From: Anaeromyxobacter sp.
GTDB taxonomy: Bacteria > Myxococcota > Myxococcia > Myxococcales > Anaeromyxobacteraceae
NCBI GenBank assembly: GCA_049840735.1
Contig: JASGJN010000020.1
Coordinates: forward strand, 128,001-192,000
Direction: 5' to 3'
DNA: 64,000 nt
Below are positions 11,416-20,451 of this stretch, in pieces; position 1 is the first letter of the stretch; the number at the start of each line of letters is the position of its first letter. A program made the position numbers and the translations under genes. The notes below the pieces were generated by a model. The model did not search any database. It was not told where the DNA came from and saw only the letters and a list, made by a program, of their open reading frames with translations.

Positions 11416-12621
11416 CTAGTGGCGCCCGGCGCCGGACGGTGAGGACCCGGTGCCTCCCTGCTGCGAGGCGCCCGATCCGGTGGAGGGCGCCTGGCCGGTG
11501 GCGCCGGTGGTCCCGGAGGTGCCCGCGGTGCCAGACGCGCCCTGGTTGGTGCCGGCGGAGCGGTTGCTCGCGCCGATGCGCTCCTCGGCGGCCTCGCGCG
11601 TGGGCGAGGAGCCCCACGACCGCTGCTCGCCGCGGTCCACCCGCAGGTTGTTCTGGACCGAGTCCACGCCGAACACCTCCTCGGCCAGGTCCTCCAGCTC
11701 GCGCTTGTCCTCGCGGCGCCTCACCTGGCCGCTGAGCGTCACCTCGCCCCCGGACACCTTCACCTCGACGCTGTCCGCGTCGATCGCGCTGCGCGCGATC
11801 CGCTCGCAGACGTCGTCGTGGATCCGCTCGTCGGAGCGGCGGTAGCCCTTGGGCCCGCGCCCGTGCCGCTGCTCGCCGCGGCCCATGATCCGGCGCCCCT
11901 CGTCCTTCATCCGGTCCCACCAGCTCTCGCCGCGGTCCCGGTCCCGGTCGCGCCACCCCTCGGCGCCGCCGCTGCCGCCGCGGCTGGACCAGTCGCTGCC
12001 GCTGCGTTGCCCTTCCCCGCCCCAGGCGCTCCGGCCGGAGAGGTCGTAGGCGTGCCCCAGGCCGTAGAAGCCGGCGGTCTCTCCGAAGCCGCCCATGGCG
12101 CCTGGCCCGCCGCCGATGCCCCAGCTGCTGCGCAGCGTGTCCGGGCGGCGCTCCTCGCCCGTCCAGCGGCGCTCGTCCCCCTGCCCGCGCTCGCCGCGGT
12201 ACTCCGCGCCCCAGCGCTCGTCGCCGCGGTAGCCGGCCGGCCGCCAGTCCTCCTGGCGTCCCCAGATCCGATCGCGCTCGCGCTCGTAGTCGCGATCCCG
12301 GTCGCGGTCGCGCCAGCCCTCCTGCTCCCGAGCCGTCTCGCGCCAGCGATCGTCCCGCTCGCCGCGCCCGGCCACATAGCCGCGCCGCTCGCCCGGCCGC
12401 AGGTCCTCCTCGCCGCGCCAGCCCTCCTGACGCCGCCAGCCCTCGCGGCCGCCCTCCCGGCCGCCCTCCAGGCCGCGCCAGCGATCCTCGCCGGCACGCC
12501 ACCGGTCATCCTCGCCCCGCCAGCGCCCCTCGTCCCCGCGCCAGCGGCCCTCGTAGCGCCCGCGCTCCTCGTCGCCCCAGTCCCGACCGCCCCAGCGCCG
12601 CTCCTCGTCCCACCGTGCCAT
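11416..12621 (-). CDS. BON domain protein with long R/G/E/D/W low-complexity N-terminus
   Basis: GRGPKGYRRSDERIHDDV..VEVKVSGGEVTLSGQV..FGVDSVQNNLRV; repeated RWRG(E/D) units. Confidence 0.85.
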   Translation of the reverse strand: MARWDEERRWGGRDWGDEERGRYEGRWRGDEGRWRGEDDRWRAGEDRWRGLEGGREGGREGWRRQEGWRGEEDLRPGERRGYVAGRGERDDRWRETAREQEGWRDRDRDRDYERERDRIWGRQEDWRPAGYRGDERWGAEYRGERGQGDERRWTGEERRPDTLRSSWGIGGGPGAMGGFGETAGFYGLGHAYDLSGRSAWGGEGQRSGSDWSSRGGSGGAEGWRDRDRDRGESWWDRMKDEGRRIMGRGEQRHGRGPKGYRRSDERIHDDVCERIARSAIDADSVEVKVSGGEVTLSGQVRRREDKRELEDLAEEVFGVDSVQNNLRVDRGEQRSWGSSPTREAAEERIGASNRSAGTNQGASGTAGTSGTTGATGQAPSTGSGASQQGGTGSSPSGAGRH

Positions 12622-12721
12622 GAGAATCCTCCCGCGCGTGCTCCACGCCCTCTGCGTGGGCCTCTCGAACTTGAGGACACGCGGGGGCGCGGGGAAGCGC
12701 GGAGAACGGCGGCGCGGAGCG

Positions 12722-14872
12722 CTAGAAGGGCACGTCGCCGGAGGTGGGGCCTGGCTCCTCGCCCCCGTCGTCGTCGTCCTTCGGGTCGGTGCCAAAGAGC
12801 GCCGGGACCACCCGCGCCTCGCGCAGCGGCGCAGCAGCGGCGGCGGGCGGTAGCGGGGCCTGGCCGGCGCCCGGGTCGTCCAGCTGCCAGCGCTCGAAGA
12901 GCTCGGGCTCGGCCGGCAGCTCCTCCAGGAAGCGGGAGGCCTTCATCACCACCCGCTCGCGGTCGCGCGGCGCGGCGATCACCGGGTAGGTGAGGTAGAG
13001 CTCGTCCTTCGCGCGGGTGCAGGCCACGTAGAAGAGCCGCCGCTCCTCCTCCTCGCCCTGCAGGTCCTTGAGCGCCTGGGCCGACGGGAACCGGCCGTCG
13101 GCCAGCCAGGCCACGAAGACCGCCCGCCACTCCAGCCCCTTGGCCTGGTGGACCGAGGAGAGGACCATCTTCTCGTCCGGCTCCTCGGACTCGGAGACCG
13201 TCTCGGCGGTCAGCTCGGTGAGGAGCGCGATCTCGGCCAGGAACTGCTCGGTGTCCTCGTAGCCGCGCGCGTACTGGGCCAGCTGCTGGATGTCCTCGAT
13301 GCGCGAGTCGGCGTTGAGGAACTCGGCGCGCAGGTACTCCTCGTACCCCTCGTCCAGCACCTTCTCGATGGCCTCGCCGGGCAGGTCGGCGGTGGGCTTG
13401 CGCGTGAGCGCCCGCAGCAGCTGGGCCAGCCGCGTGTAGCCCGGCCGCCCCTTGCCCGGCACCTGCGAGGCCACGTCCGGCGCGAGCAGCTCGTCGACCT
13501 CGCCCCGCCCGCGCTCCCGCCGGACGGAGAAGGCGCTCCAGACCGCCTCGGCGGTGGCGGTGCCCACGCCGGGCGTGATCTTCATGCAGCGCTTGAGGGC
13601 CAGCTCGTCGCCGGGGTTCCGGGCGAAGCGCAGGTGGGCCAGCACGTCCTTCACGTGCGCTGCCTCGAAGAAGCGGACGCCGCTGCGGACCACGAAGGGG
13701 ATGCCGCGCCGGGCCAGCTCGAACTGGATCTCCATCGAGTGGTGGTGCGCGCGGTAGAGGACGGCGATCTCCGGCAGCGGGATGCCCTCGTCCCGCAGCT
13801 CCAGCACCCGCTGCGCCACGAAGGCGGCCTGCTGCTGCACGTCGCGGCACGGCACCACCGCGGGCAGGGTCCCGTCGCGCCGGACGCTGGAGAGCTCCTT
13901 CTCGAACTGGCGGACGTTGGCCGAGATGGAGGCGTTGGCCAGCGAGAGGATCTGCGGCGTGGAGCGGTAGTTGACGGTGAGGTCGAAGCGGCGCGCCTCG
14001 GGGTAGCGCTTCTCGAACTCGAGGATGTTCTCGAAGTGGGCGCCGCGGAACGAGTAGATGCTCTGGGCGTCGTCGCCCACCACGCAGACGTTCCGGTGGT
14101 CGGCGCCGAGCAGGTCCACCACGTCGCCCTGCAGCCGGTTGGTGTCCTGGTATTCGTCCACCAGCAGGTGCCTGAACCGCTCCGCCAGCGACCGCCGCAC
14201 CGGCTCCCGCTCGGCCAGCAGGATCTTCCAGTTGAGCAGCAGGTCGTCGAAGTCCATGGCGTTGAGCGCGTGCTTGCGCTCGGCGTAGCGGCGAGCCACC
14301 CGCAGGACGTCGTCGGTGAGCGGCACGAACTGCGCCCGCCGGTCGGCCAGGACGTCGGCCAGCGGCGTCTGGGTGTTGACCGCCATCGAGACCAGGTCGA
14401 GCAGCACGTCCGCCTTGGGGAAGCGCCGCGCCCCCACCGCCAGGCCGCAGTCGGCGATGGCGGCGGTCATCACGTCGCGCGAGTCCTCGCGGTCGAGGAT
14501 GGAGTAGCCGCGGCTGTAGCCCAGCTCCGCGCAGTGCTCGCGCAGGATCTCGTGCGCCACGTGGTGGAAGGTGCCGCCGGCGATGCGGCGGGTGTCCACC
14601 CGGCAGACCTCCTCGACCCGGCGCAGCATCTCGCGCGCCGCCTTGTTGGTGAAGGTGAGGAGGAGGATGGACTCCGGCTGCACGCCCTCGGCGATGAGCC
14701 GGGCCACGCGCCAGGTCAGCGTGCGGGTCTTGCCCGAGCCGGCGCCGGCGATGACGAGGATGGGCCCCTCGCCGGCCTCCACCACGGCCACCTGCTGGTC
14801 GTTGAGGAGCCCTTCGTAGTTGAGGGCGCGAGCCGGCGGGGCGGCCTGCTTGAGCTGGTAACGACGGGACAT
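12722..14872 (-). CDS. UvrD/PcrA-family SF1 DNA helicase
   Basis: AGAGSGKT, TFTNKAA, LVDEYQD, VGDDAQSIYSFRGA, NYRST, HQAKGLEW, EERRLFYVACTRAK. Confidence 0.95.
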   Translation of the reverse strand: MSRRYQLKQAAPPARALNYEGLLNDQQVAVVEAGEGPILVIAGAGSGKTRTLTWRVARLIAEGVQPESILLLTFTNKAAREMLRRVEEVCRVDTRRIAGGTFHHVAHEILREHCAELGYSRGYSILDREDSRDVMTAAIADCGLAVGARRFPKADVLLDLVSMAVNTQTPLADVLADRRAQFVPLTDDVLRVARRYAERKHALNAMDFDDLLLNWKILLAEREPVRRSLAERFRHLLVDEYQDTNRLQGDVVDLLGADHRNVCVVGDDAQSIYSFRGAHFENILEFEKRYPEARRFDLTVNYRSTPQILSLANASISANVRQFEKELSSVRRDGTLPAVVPCRDVQQQAAFVAQRVLELRDEGIPLPEIAVLYRAHHHSMEIQFELARRGIPFVVRSGVRFFEAAHVKDVLAHLRFARNPGDELALKRCMKITPGVGTATAEAVWSAFSVRRERGRGEVDELLAPDVASQVPGKGRPGYTRLAQLLRALTRKPTADLPGEAIEKVLDEGYEEYLRAEFLNADSRIEDIQQLAQYARGYEDTEQFLAEIALLTELTAETVSESEEPDEKMVLSSVHQAKGLEWRAVFVAWLADGRFPSAQALKDLQGEEEERRLFYVACTRAKDELYLTYPVIAAPRDRERVVMKASRFLEELPAEPELFERWQLDDPGAGQAPLPPAAAAAPLREARVVPALFGTDPKDDDDGGEEPGPTSGDVPF

Positions 14873-14881
14873 GCGTTCAGG
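14865..14881. promoter_or_regulatory. Putative LexA (SOS) box overlapping the helicase start codon
   Basis: CGGGACATGCGTTCAGG matches 15/17 of the M. xanthus consensus CTRHAMRYBYGTTCAGS; lies just downstream of a minus-strand TTGACC-N18-TACGGT promoter (14917-14888). Confidence 0.55.
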
Positions 14882-14941
14882 GGCGGCACCGTAGCAGCCG
14901 ATATCGCCGGAGGTCAATCTCGCCTGGAGGGCTGACATGGC

Positions 14942-16648
14942 TCAGGCCCGCGCCAGCGGCGGCGGATCAGCCTCGGGCCGCCCGGTGAAGAGCTGCCCCT
15001 GCCGCAGCCAGACCAGCGCCTTGGTCACGGGCTCCCGGTAGACCTCCAGGTAGCCGCCGTGGACGCCGACCAGGTGGTGGAAGGAGCAGAGCCCGACCAG
15101 GTTCTCGGGATCGTCGGTGCCGCCACGGGAGCGCGGGATGATGTGGTGCGCGTGGGCCGAGGCGTGGCTGCACCCGGGCACCTGGCAGCGGCCGTCGTCC
15201 CGCGCCCGGATCTCCTGCGACCTCGTCTTCCGCTGCTTCCCCTGCTGCTCCCAGGTGACCAGGAAGTGCGCGCACATGATGGCCAGGCAGCGGCCCATGG
15301 ACAGGTTGGTCCCGAACTTCGCCCGGGCGTTGAACACGGCGGCCGCCAGGAGCAGGGCCAGGTGCTCCGGCAGGACCGCTGACACCTTGGAGGCGGCACG
15401 CAGCTGCGCCGCCTGCTCCTCGGCCACCTCGACCCGGAGCTGGGCGCTGGAGACCTCCGTCGCGTGCTCCTTCCAGCTCTCCCGCTGCGCCTCCGGCAGC
15501 CTGGCCAGCTCGCACAGCCGCTGGTAGGGCAACCCCGCCTCGCGCGCCGCCTGCAGCGCCGCCGAGGCCTGCACCTTGCCTTCGACCGCCACCCGCTGCT
15601 CCAGCGCCCGCGCCGGCAGCCCCAGCCGCTCCTCGACGTAGTGGGCGAAGGAGTCGAACCCCAGCTTGCGGTGCACGCCCGCCTGCTTCACGCCCAGCGC
15701 CAGCTCGGCCACGATCTCGTCCAGCTCGGCCCGCGCCCTGGCCACCTGGCGCAGCTTCGCGTCGGTGGTCTTGGCGTCGTCCGCGTCGTCGAACTCGATG
15801 TCCAGCGCCAGCAGGGCCTTGTGCACCTTGGGCAGGTGGACCCAGCCGCCCTGCTCGGCCTCGGCCATGGCCCGCCGCTGCGGCTCGGAGAAGAGCGGCC
15901 GGAAGCCCAGGGACGGAGTGGGCGCGACCGGCTGGTCGGAGCTACCGGGCATGGCGCCCAGGAACTCCTGCACGATGACCTCGATGCGCCGCGTCCGGCT
16001 GGCGCCGGGCTCGACCCGCCCGGCCAGCTCCAGCGCCTCGTCGATCAGCAGCCGCTCATCCTCGGTGGTCTGCGCCAGGATCCGGTAGAGCGGCGCGTCC
16101 TCGTCGTCGGGCGGCGCGCCGGTGACCGCCCGCACCTCCAGCTCCAGCGCGCGCACCGTGTACTGCCTGGCCTTCTCCACCCACTCCGCCTCGGCCTCCC
16201 CCTTGGCCACCGGCACGATGACCTGCGCCGCCCGCAGCTTCAGGTCGCCAGACCAGAGCGCCGCCCGCAGCACCTTGCGCTCCCGCAGCGCCCTCCCCAG
16301 CGCCGCCAGGCCCCGTGTGGCCCGCTCGCCCAGGTCCAGCATCTCGCGGCCGTAGTCCTTGAGGTGATAGCCCAGCTCGGCCAGCCGGTTCCCCCGCTGC
16401 ATCTGGTGCAGCCCCTCGGCGATGAGGGCGTCGAACCGCCCCTGGGCGCGCGCCAGGTGGACCAGGCCCAGCTCGGCGAAGTCGGCGTTCCGACCGCCAC
16501 GGGCGAAGACCACGCGGAGGGGAGCGGTCTCGTCCCCCGGAGCCGGCTCCGCCTCCAGCCGGCCCCAGTAGGCCGGCGGCGGCTTCACGTCCACCAGCTC
16601 CACCGGCTCGCGGGCCCAGACCACGATCTCCTGGAACGCAGCTTCCAT
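14942..16648 (-). CDS. HNH endonuclease with duplicated DUF222-like helical N-terminal region
   Basis: C-terminal RDDGRCQVPGC..HAHHIIPRSRGG..NLVGLCSFHH..VH; two similar LG(Y/F)..Y..E.L.L segments. Confidence 0.85.
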   Translation of the reverse strand: MEAAFQEIVVWAREPVELVDVKPPPAYWGRLEAEPAPGDETAPLRVVFARGGRNADFAELGLVHLARAQGRFDALIAEGLHQMQRGNRLAELGYHLKDYGREMLDLGERATRGLAALGRALRERKVLRAALWSGDLKLRAAQVIVPVAKGEAEAEWVEKARQYTVRALELEVRAVTGAPPDDEDAPLYRILAQTTEDERLLIDEALELAGRVEPGASRTRRIEVIVQEFLGAMPGSSDQPVAPTPSLGFRPLFSEPQRRAMAEAEQGGWVHLPKVHKALLALDIEFDDADDAKTTDAKLRQVARARAELDEIVAELALGVKQAGVHRKLGFDSFAHYVEERLGLPARALEQRVAVEGKVQASAALQAAREAGLPYQRLCELARLPEAQRESWKEHATEVSSAQLRVEVAEEQAAQLRAASKVSAVLPEHLALLLAAAVFNARAKFGTNLSMGRCLAIMCAHFLVTWEQQGKQRKTRSQEIRARDDGRCQVPGCSHASAHAHHIIPRSRGGTDDPENLVGLCSFHHLVGVHGGYLEVYREPVTKALVWLRQGQLFTGRPEADPPPLARA

Positions 16649-16675
16649 GCACGCCAACGTCTCACGACACGCGCC

Positions 16676-16692
16676 ACTGAACAAGCGTTCCC
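16676..16692. promoter_or_regulatory. Putative LexA box upstream of the HNH gene
   Basis: Perfect GAAC-N4-GTTC core (GAACAAGCGTTC); 14/17 match to the M. xanthus consensus; about 30 bp from the ATG. Confidence 0.6.
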
Positions 16693-16788
16693 TGGCCTCC
16701 CTGTTGGGCCCGCTCGCCCGCGGCACCGCGGTCAGAATGTGTAATCTCGAATGGTTTGACCCCTCGGCCGCTCGTGCTACCAAGTCGC

Positions 16789-17328
16789 ATGGCGTTCGTC
16801 GGACACCGCCTGCTGCTCATCGTCGGGCTGATCGTCGCCGTCGGCGCGGGGTGGCAGATCGGCAAGAGGGCCAGCGCCTGGCTCTCCGCGCCGGGCCAGC
16901 CGGCGCCCGGCGACGCCGCGTCGCCGCCGGGCCGCTACGTGCGCCTGCAGGGCGTCGCGCTCGACTGCGCCACGCTCCGCCGCAGCCCTTACGGCACCTT
17001 GGCGCTGGCGGCCGGCGGGGGCGCGGTGATCCTGGTGCAGTGGGTGGGGGAGGCCCGCTGCGAGGACGGGCTCCCGGAGGGCGCGTTCCTGCCGGACCGG
17101 TTCAGCCGCGGGTTCGTGCGCACCGACCTCGGCATCGACCTGCCCCCGGGCCCGGACCTGCGGGTCTTCGCCGAGGCGGGCGCGCCCGCCCAGCAGCGCC
17201 GCGCCGCCGTGAAGCTCCTGCCCTGGCTGGCCGCCGGCCTGGTCCTGGCCGCCACCGGGTGGCGCGGCCTGCGCCGCCTGGCGGCCGCGGACGGGCGGAA
17301 AAGTGGACGCGGCCCGGGCGCCCGGTAG
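16789..17328 (+). CDS. Hypothetical membrane protein (2 TM)
   Basis: Hydrophobic N- and C-terminal segments flank a domain with 2 Cys. Confidence 0.6.
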   Translation: MAFVGHRLLLIVGLIVAVGAGWQIGKRASAWLSAPGQPAPGDAASPPGRYVRLQGVALDCATLRRSPYGTLALAAGGGAVILVQWVGEARCEDGLPEGAFLPDRFSRGFVRTDLGIDLPPGPDLRVFAEAGAPAQQRRAAVKLLPWLAAGLVLAATGWRGLRRLAAADGRKSGRGPGAR

Positions 17329-17339
17329 CATCCGGCCCG

Positions 17340-17991
17340 ATGTCGCCGCTGCGCCCGCTGCTCGTCGCCCTGGTGCTCCTCCTCGGAGCCGCCTGCGCCG
17401 GGCCGACCAAGACGGCCAGCCGCGGCAAACCCCTGCCCCCGCCCGCCCAGGGCCGGGCCGGCACTCGTGACCCGGGTGCCGGCCCGGCTCCTGGTTCCTC
17501 CCAGGCCGCGCGCGGGAAGGCCGTGGCCCGCGCCATCGACACCGCCGGCGAGCTGGTCGGCCAGCGCGAGATCGTGGTGGGGGGCGTGCGCTACGGCGAC
17601 GGCTGCGAGGCGCTGGTCGAGGCCGCCTACCGCTCCGCCGGCCATCCCCTCCCCGCCGGCGCCCGCACCGCCCCGGCGCTCCTGGCCCACGCGCAGGCGC
17701 GTCAGCTGGCCCGGCGCGGACGGCCGGTGCCCGGCGATTCTGGTCTTCCTCTCCGACCGCCCCGGCGGCCCGGCCGAGCACGTCGGGCTGGTCGAGTCGG
17801 TGACCAGCGACGGCACCGCGCTCGTCATCCACCGGACCGAGCGCGGCGTGGCCCGCCTCCGCGTCAACGCCGCCCAGCCGTGGAAGCTCAAGACCGACGG
17901 CGGCCGCGCCCTCAACGACCTGCTGGTGGTCGGCGGCGGCCGGCTCTCCGCCGGCCGGCTGTTCGTCGCCTACGCCACGCTGCTGCGCTGA
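17340..17991 (+). CDS. NlpC/P60/CHAP-like lipoprotein; +1 frameshift at about 17738
   Basis: Lipobox LGAA-C; DGCEALV (catalytic Cys), PGD-LVFL and HVGLV restored after removing one T from GATTC. Confidence 0.75.
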
Positions 17992-18028
17992 TTTCATCCC
18001 CGGGCTAACATCGTCGCCGGGGGTCCCC

Positions 18029-19549
18029 TTGCACGACCAGCCGATCATCGCCTCCGACGAGCCGCGGCAGCTCAGCCTGCTGGTGGGTGGCCGCTGCCGG
18101 CGCTGCGCCGAGCGGCTGCCCGGGGGCGTGGCGCTCCGCGGCGGCGCCTGCCCGGCCTGCGGCACCTCCGCGGCGCAGACCCCGGACGACCGCGGCTTCG
18201 TGCAGGCGCTGCTGGAGGCGCGGGCCCGGAACCGGACCTGGGTGGCGGTGCTGGTCTCGGCCGGCGTGGTCTTCCTGGGCGGCTGGCTGCCCGGGCTGGC
18301 GCCCCTGGTGCTGCTCGGCGCGTACGTCTGGGTGCAGGTGGCGCTGGTCCGGCCGGTGGCGCGGCTGCTGCCGGTCCGGCGCCGGCTGGTGGCCACCTGG
18401 ACCGTGCGGCTGGCTTCGGCGGCGCTCTTCGCCACCACCGTCTCGGTGGTCGAGCTGATGACGCTCCTCCCCTTCATCGGGGCCATCGGCAAGAGCGCGG
18501 CCACCGCGGCCCAGGTGGGCGGGCTGGCCTGGTGGGCGCGCCACTACCTGGTCTGGCAGGCCCGTCGCGAGGGGCGCGGCCAGCGCGTGGCCTGGTGGGA
18601 GTACGCCCTGCTGGTCGTGATCGGCGGGCTGCTGGTGCTGGGCGCGGTGGCGATGCTGTGGGCCGCGTTCTGGGTCAGCGCCAGGCTGGGCGCGCTGGTG
18701 GGCGGCGCAGACGCGCTGGCCGCAGCCGGCCCGCGCCTCTCCAGCGACGGCCTGGGGCTGGCCTCCACCATCGGCCTGGGGGCCGCCACCGGCACACGCG
18801 CGGCGCTCTTCCTGCTGGTCTCCGGCGTGGTGGCGCTGGTCCACCCGGCCTGGGCGCCGGCCCAGCTGCAGTTCCTGGGGACGCCGGCCGGGCTGGGCAT
18901 CGGGCTGGCGCTGCTGGTGGTCGAGTCGGCCACCGAGCGCGACGACGATCTGCAGGCCCTCTTCGGCCTGGCGGCCGGTGGCGCGCGGGTGGCGGCGGCG
19001 GCGGTGCTGGGCGTGCTCGCGTCCGGCCAGCCCCCCAGCACCACGCAGGCGCTCCTGGCCGGGGCGGCAGGTGCCGGCGCGGCGCTCGCGGCGGCCGGGA
19101 GCCGCCACTGGCTGCACGGGCTCCTGCGCCAGGTCGAGACCGAGGCCTTCAGCCCGCGTCGCTGGGCCAACAGGCTGGAGGAGGGGGGCGTGGCCGGGCT
19201 GGCGGTGGCGGTCTACGCCGGCCCCATCCTGGCGCTGGGGGTGGTGGTGGCGGGGCTGGTGGCCACGCTGCTGGCCGGGCTCGCGGCGAAGCAGGTGGAC
19301 GCGAGGTGGCGCCGCCCCTGCCCGGGCTGCAGCCGAACCATCCGCGTCGAGGCCAGCGGCTGCCCGCGCTGCGGCGCCGAGGTCCCGGTGGTGAGGACGG
19401 CGCTGGACCAGGCCGTGGCCGCGGCAGGCACGCGGTTCCAGACGGCGCTGGCGGCCGGCCAGGCCACGGCGGCGCGGGCCGCAGGGCTCCTCACCGGTGA
19501 CCAGCCCCCGCCCCTCGATCGTCCGCCGCCCAGGCCTCCGCCGCTCTAG
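18029..19549 (+). CDS. Multi-pass membrane protein with DUF4126-like domain and N- and C-terminal zinc ribbons
   Basis: CRRC..CPAC and CPGC..CPRC pairs; GLGAATGTRAALFLL; many TM helices; TTG start uncertain. Confidence 0.6.
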   Translation: MHDQPIIASDEPRQLSLLVGGRCRRCAERLPGGVALRGGACPACGTSAAQTPDDRGFVQALLEARARNRTWVAVLVSAGVVFLGGWLPGLAPLVLLGAYVWVQVALVRPVARLLPVRRRLVATWTVRLASAALFATTVSVVELMTLLPFIGAIGKSAATAAQVGGLAWWARHYLVWQARREGRGQRVAWWEYALLVVIGGLLVLGAVAMLWAAFWVSARLGALVGGADALAAAGPRLSSDGLGLASTIGLGAATGTRAALFLLVSGVVALVHPAWAPAQLQFLGTPAGLGIGLALLVVESATERDDDLQALFGLAAGGARVAAAAVLGVLASGQPPSTTQALLAGAAGAGAALAAAGSRHWLHGLLRQVETEAFSPRRWANRLEEGGVAGLAVAVYAGPILALGVVVAGLVATLLAGLAAKQVDARWRRPCPGCSRTIRVEASGCPRCGAEVPVVRTALDQAVAAAGTRFQTALAAGQATAARAAGLLTGDQPPPLDRPPPRPPPL

Positions 19550-20442
19550 CGGCAGCCCGCCCCCACCAGCCCGATCCGCAGCCGACCGCCCTCGCGCACC
19601 ACGCCCAGGAACGGCGGCTCGGCCACCTCGCCCAGCAGGGCCGAGGTCCAGCGGATCACGTCGCTGCCGGGCGGGATCACCGGCACGGCGTCCTTCGCCA
19701 CCTGGAAGAACTCGCGGTAGCTGTAGAGCGGCAGGCGCGAGCGCGCCGAGGTGCGCAGCGCCCGGGTGTCGAAGAGCAGGGCGTGGACGCCCTCCCGCCC
19801 GCGCAGCGCCTCCGCCACCTCCGCGGCCGGGACGGTGTCCCCGCCGCACGTCAGCCCGCCCGAGGCCAGGAGCCCGATGAACGCCTCCACGTCGCCGCGG
19901 GCGACCACCGCCCTGACCTCGCCGGCGAAGCGGCGCCTGGCCTCCACGTCCACGCTGCGCTGCCGCGCCTCGATGGCCGCGGCCGCCGCGAGCGCCCCCT
20001 GCTCCACCTGCGCGCAGAGCGGCGTGGTCACCGCGCAGGCCGCGGCGTTGCGCGCGGCGCGGCGGGGCAGCGCCGGGTCCTCCACCCTGGCCAGGTGGCC
20101 CAGCAGGACCTCCAGCCAGTCCGGATGCTCCTCGGCCAGCGGCCCCAGCTCGTCCAGGCGTGGCCAGTGCCGGGCCAGCAGCAGCGCCGGCACCTCGGCC
20201 AGGTACTCGTCGGCGGCCCCGCGGTAGGCCTCCGGGCAGGCGGCGTAGAGCGCATGCAGGCGCGCCCACACCCCGCGGGCCTCGGCGCGGCGGGCCAGGA
20301 TCTCCAGCGTGGCCAGCTCCAGCTCGGCCTGGTCACCCCAGGCCTCGCAGGCCGGCGTGAGCGGGAGGACGGGCCGGACCGGGCCGTTCTCCTGGGCGGC
20401 GGCGAAGGTCAGCCAGAGCGGTAGGAGGGCGAGCGCGCGCAA
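19546..20442 (-). CDS. Hypothetical secreted protein
   Basis: Signal peptide ending AAA-QE; overlaps the convergent gene stop. Confidence 0.6.
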   Translation of the reverse strand: MRALALLPLWLTFAAAQENGPVRPVLPLTPACEAWGDQAELELATLEILARRAEARGVWARLHALYAACPEAYRGAADEYLAEVPALLLARHWPRLDELGPLAEEHPDWLEVLLGHLARVEDPALPRRAARNAAACAVTTPLCAQVEQGALAAAAAIEARQRSVDVEARRRFAGEVRAVVARGDVEAFIGLLASGGLTCGGDTVPAAEVAEALRGREGVHALLFDTRALRTSARSRLPLYSYREFFQVAKDAVPVIPPGSDVIRWTSALLGEVAEPPFLGVVREGGRLRIGLVGAGCR

Positions 20443-20451
20443 CGGCTCACC

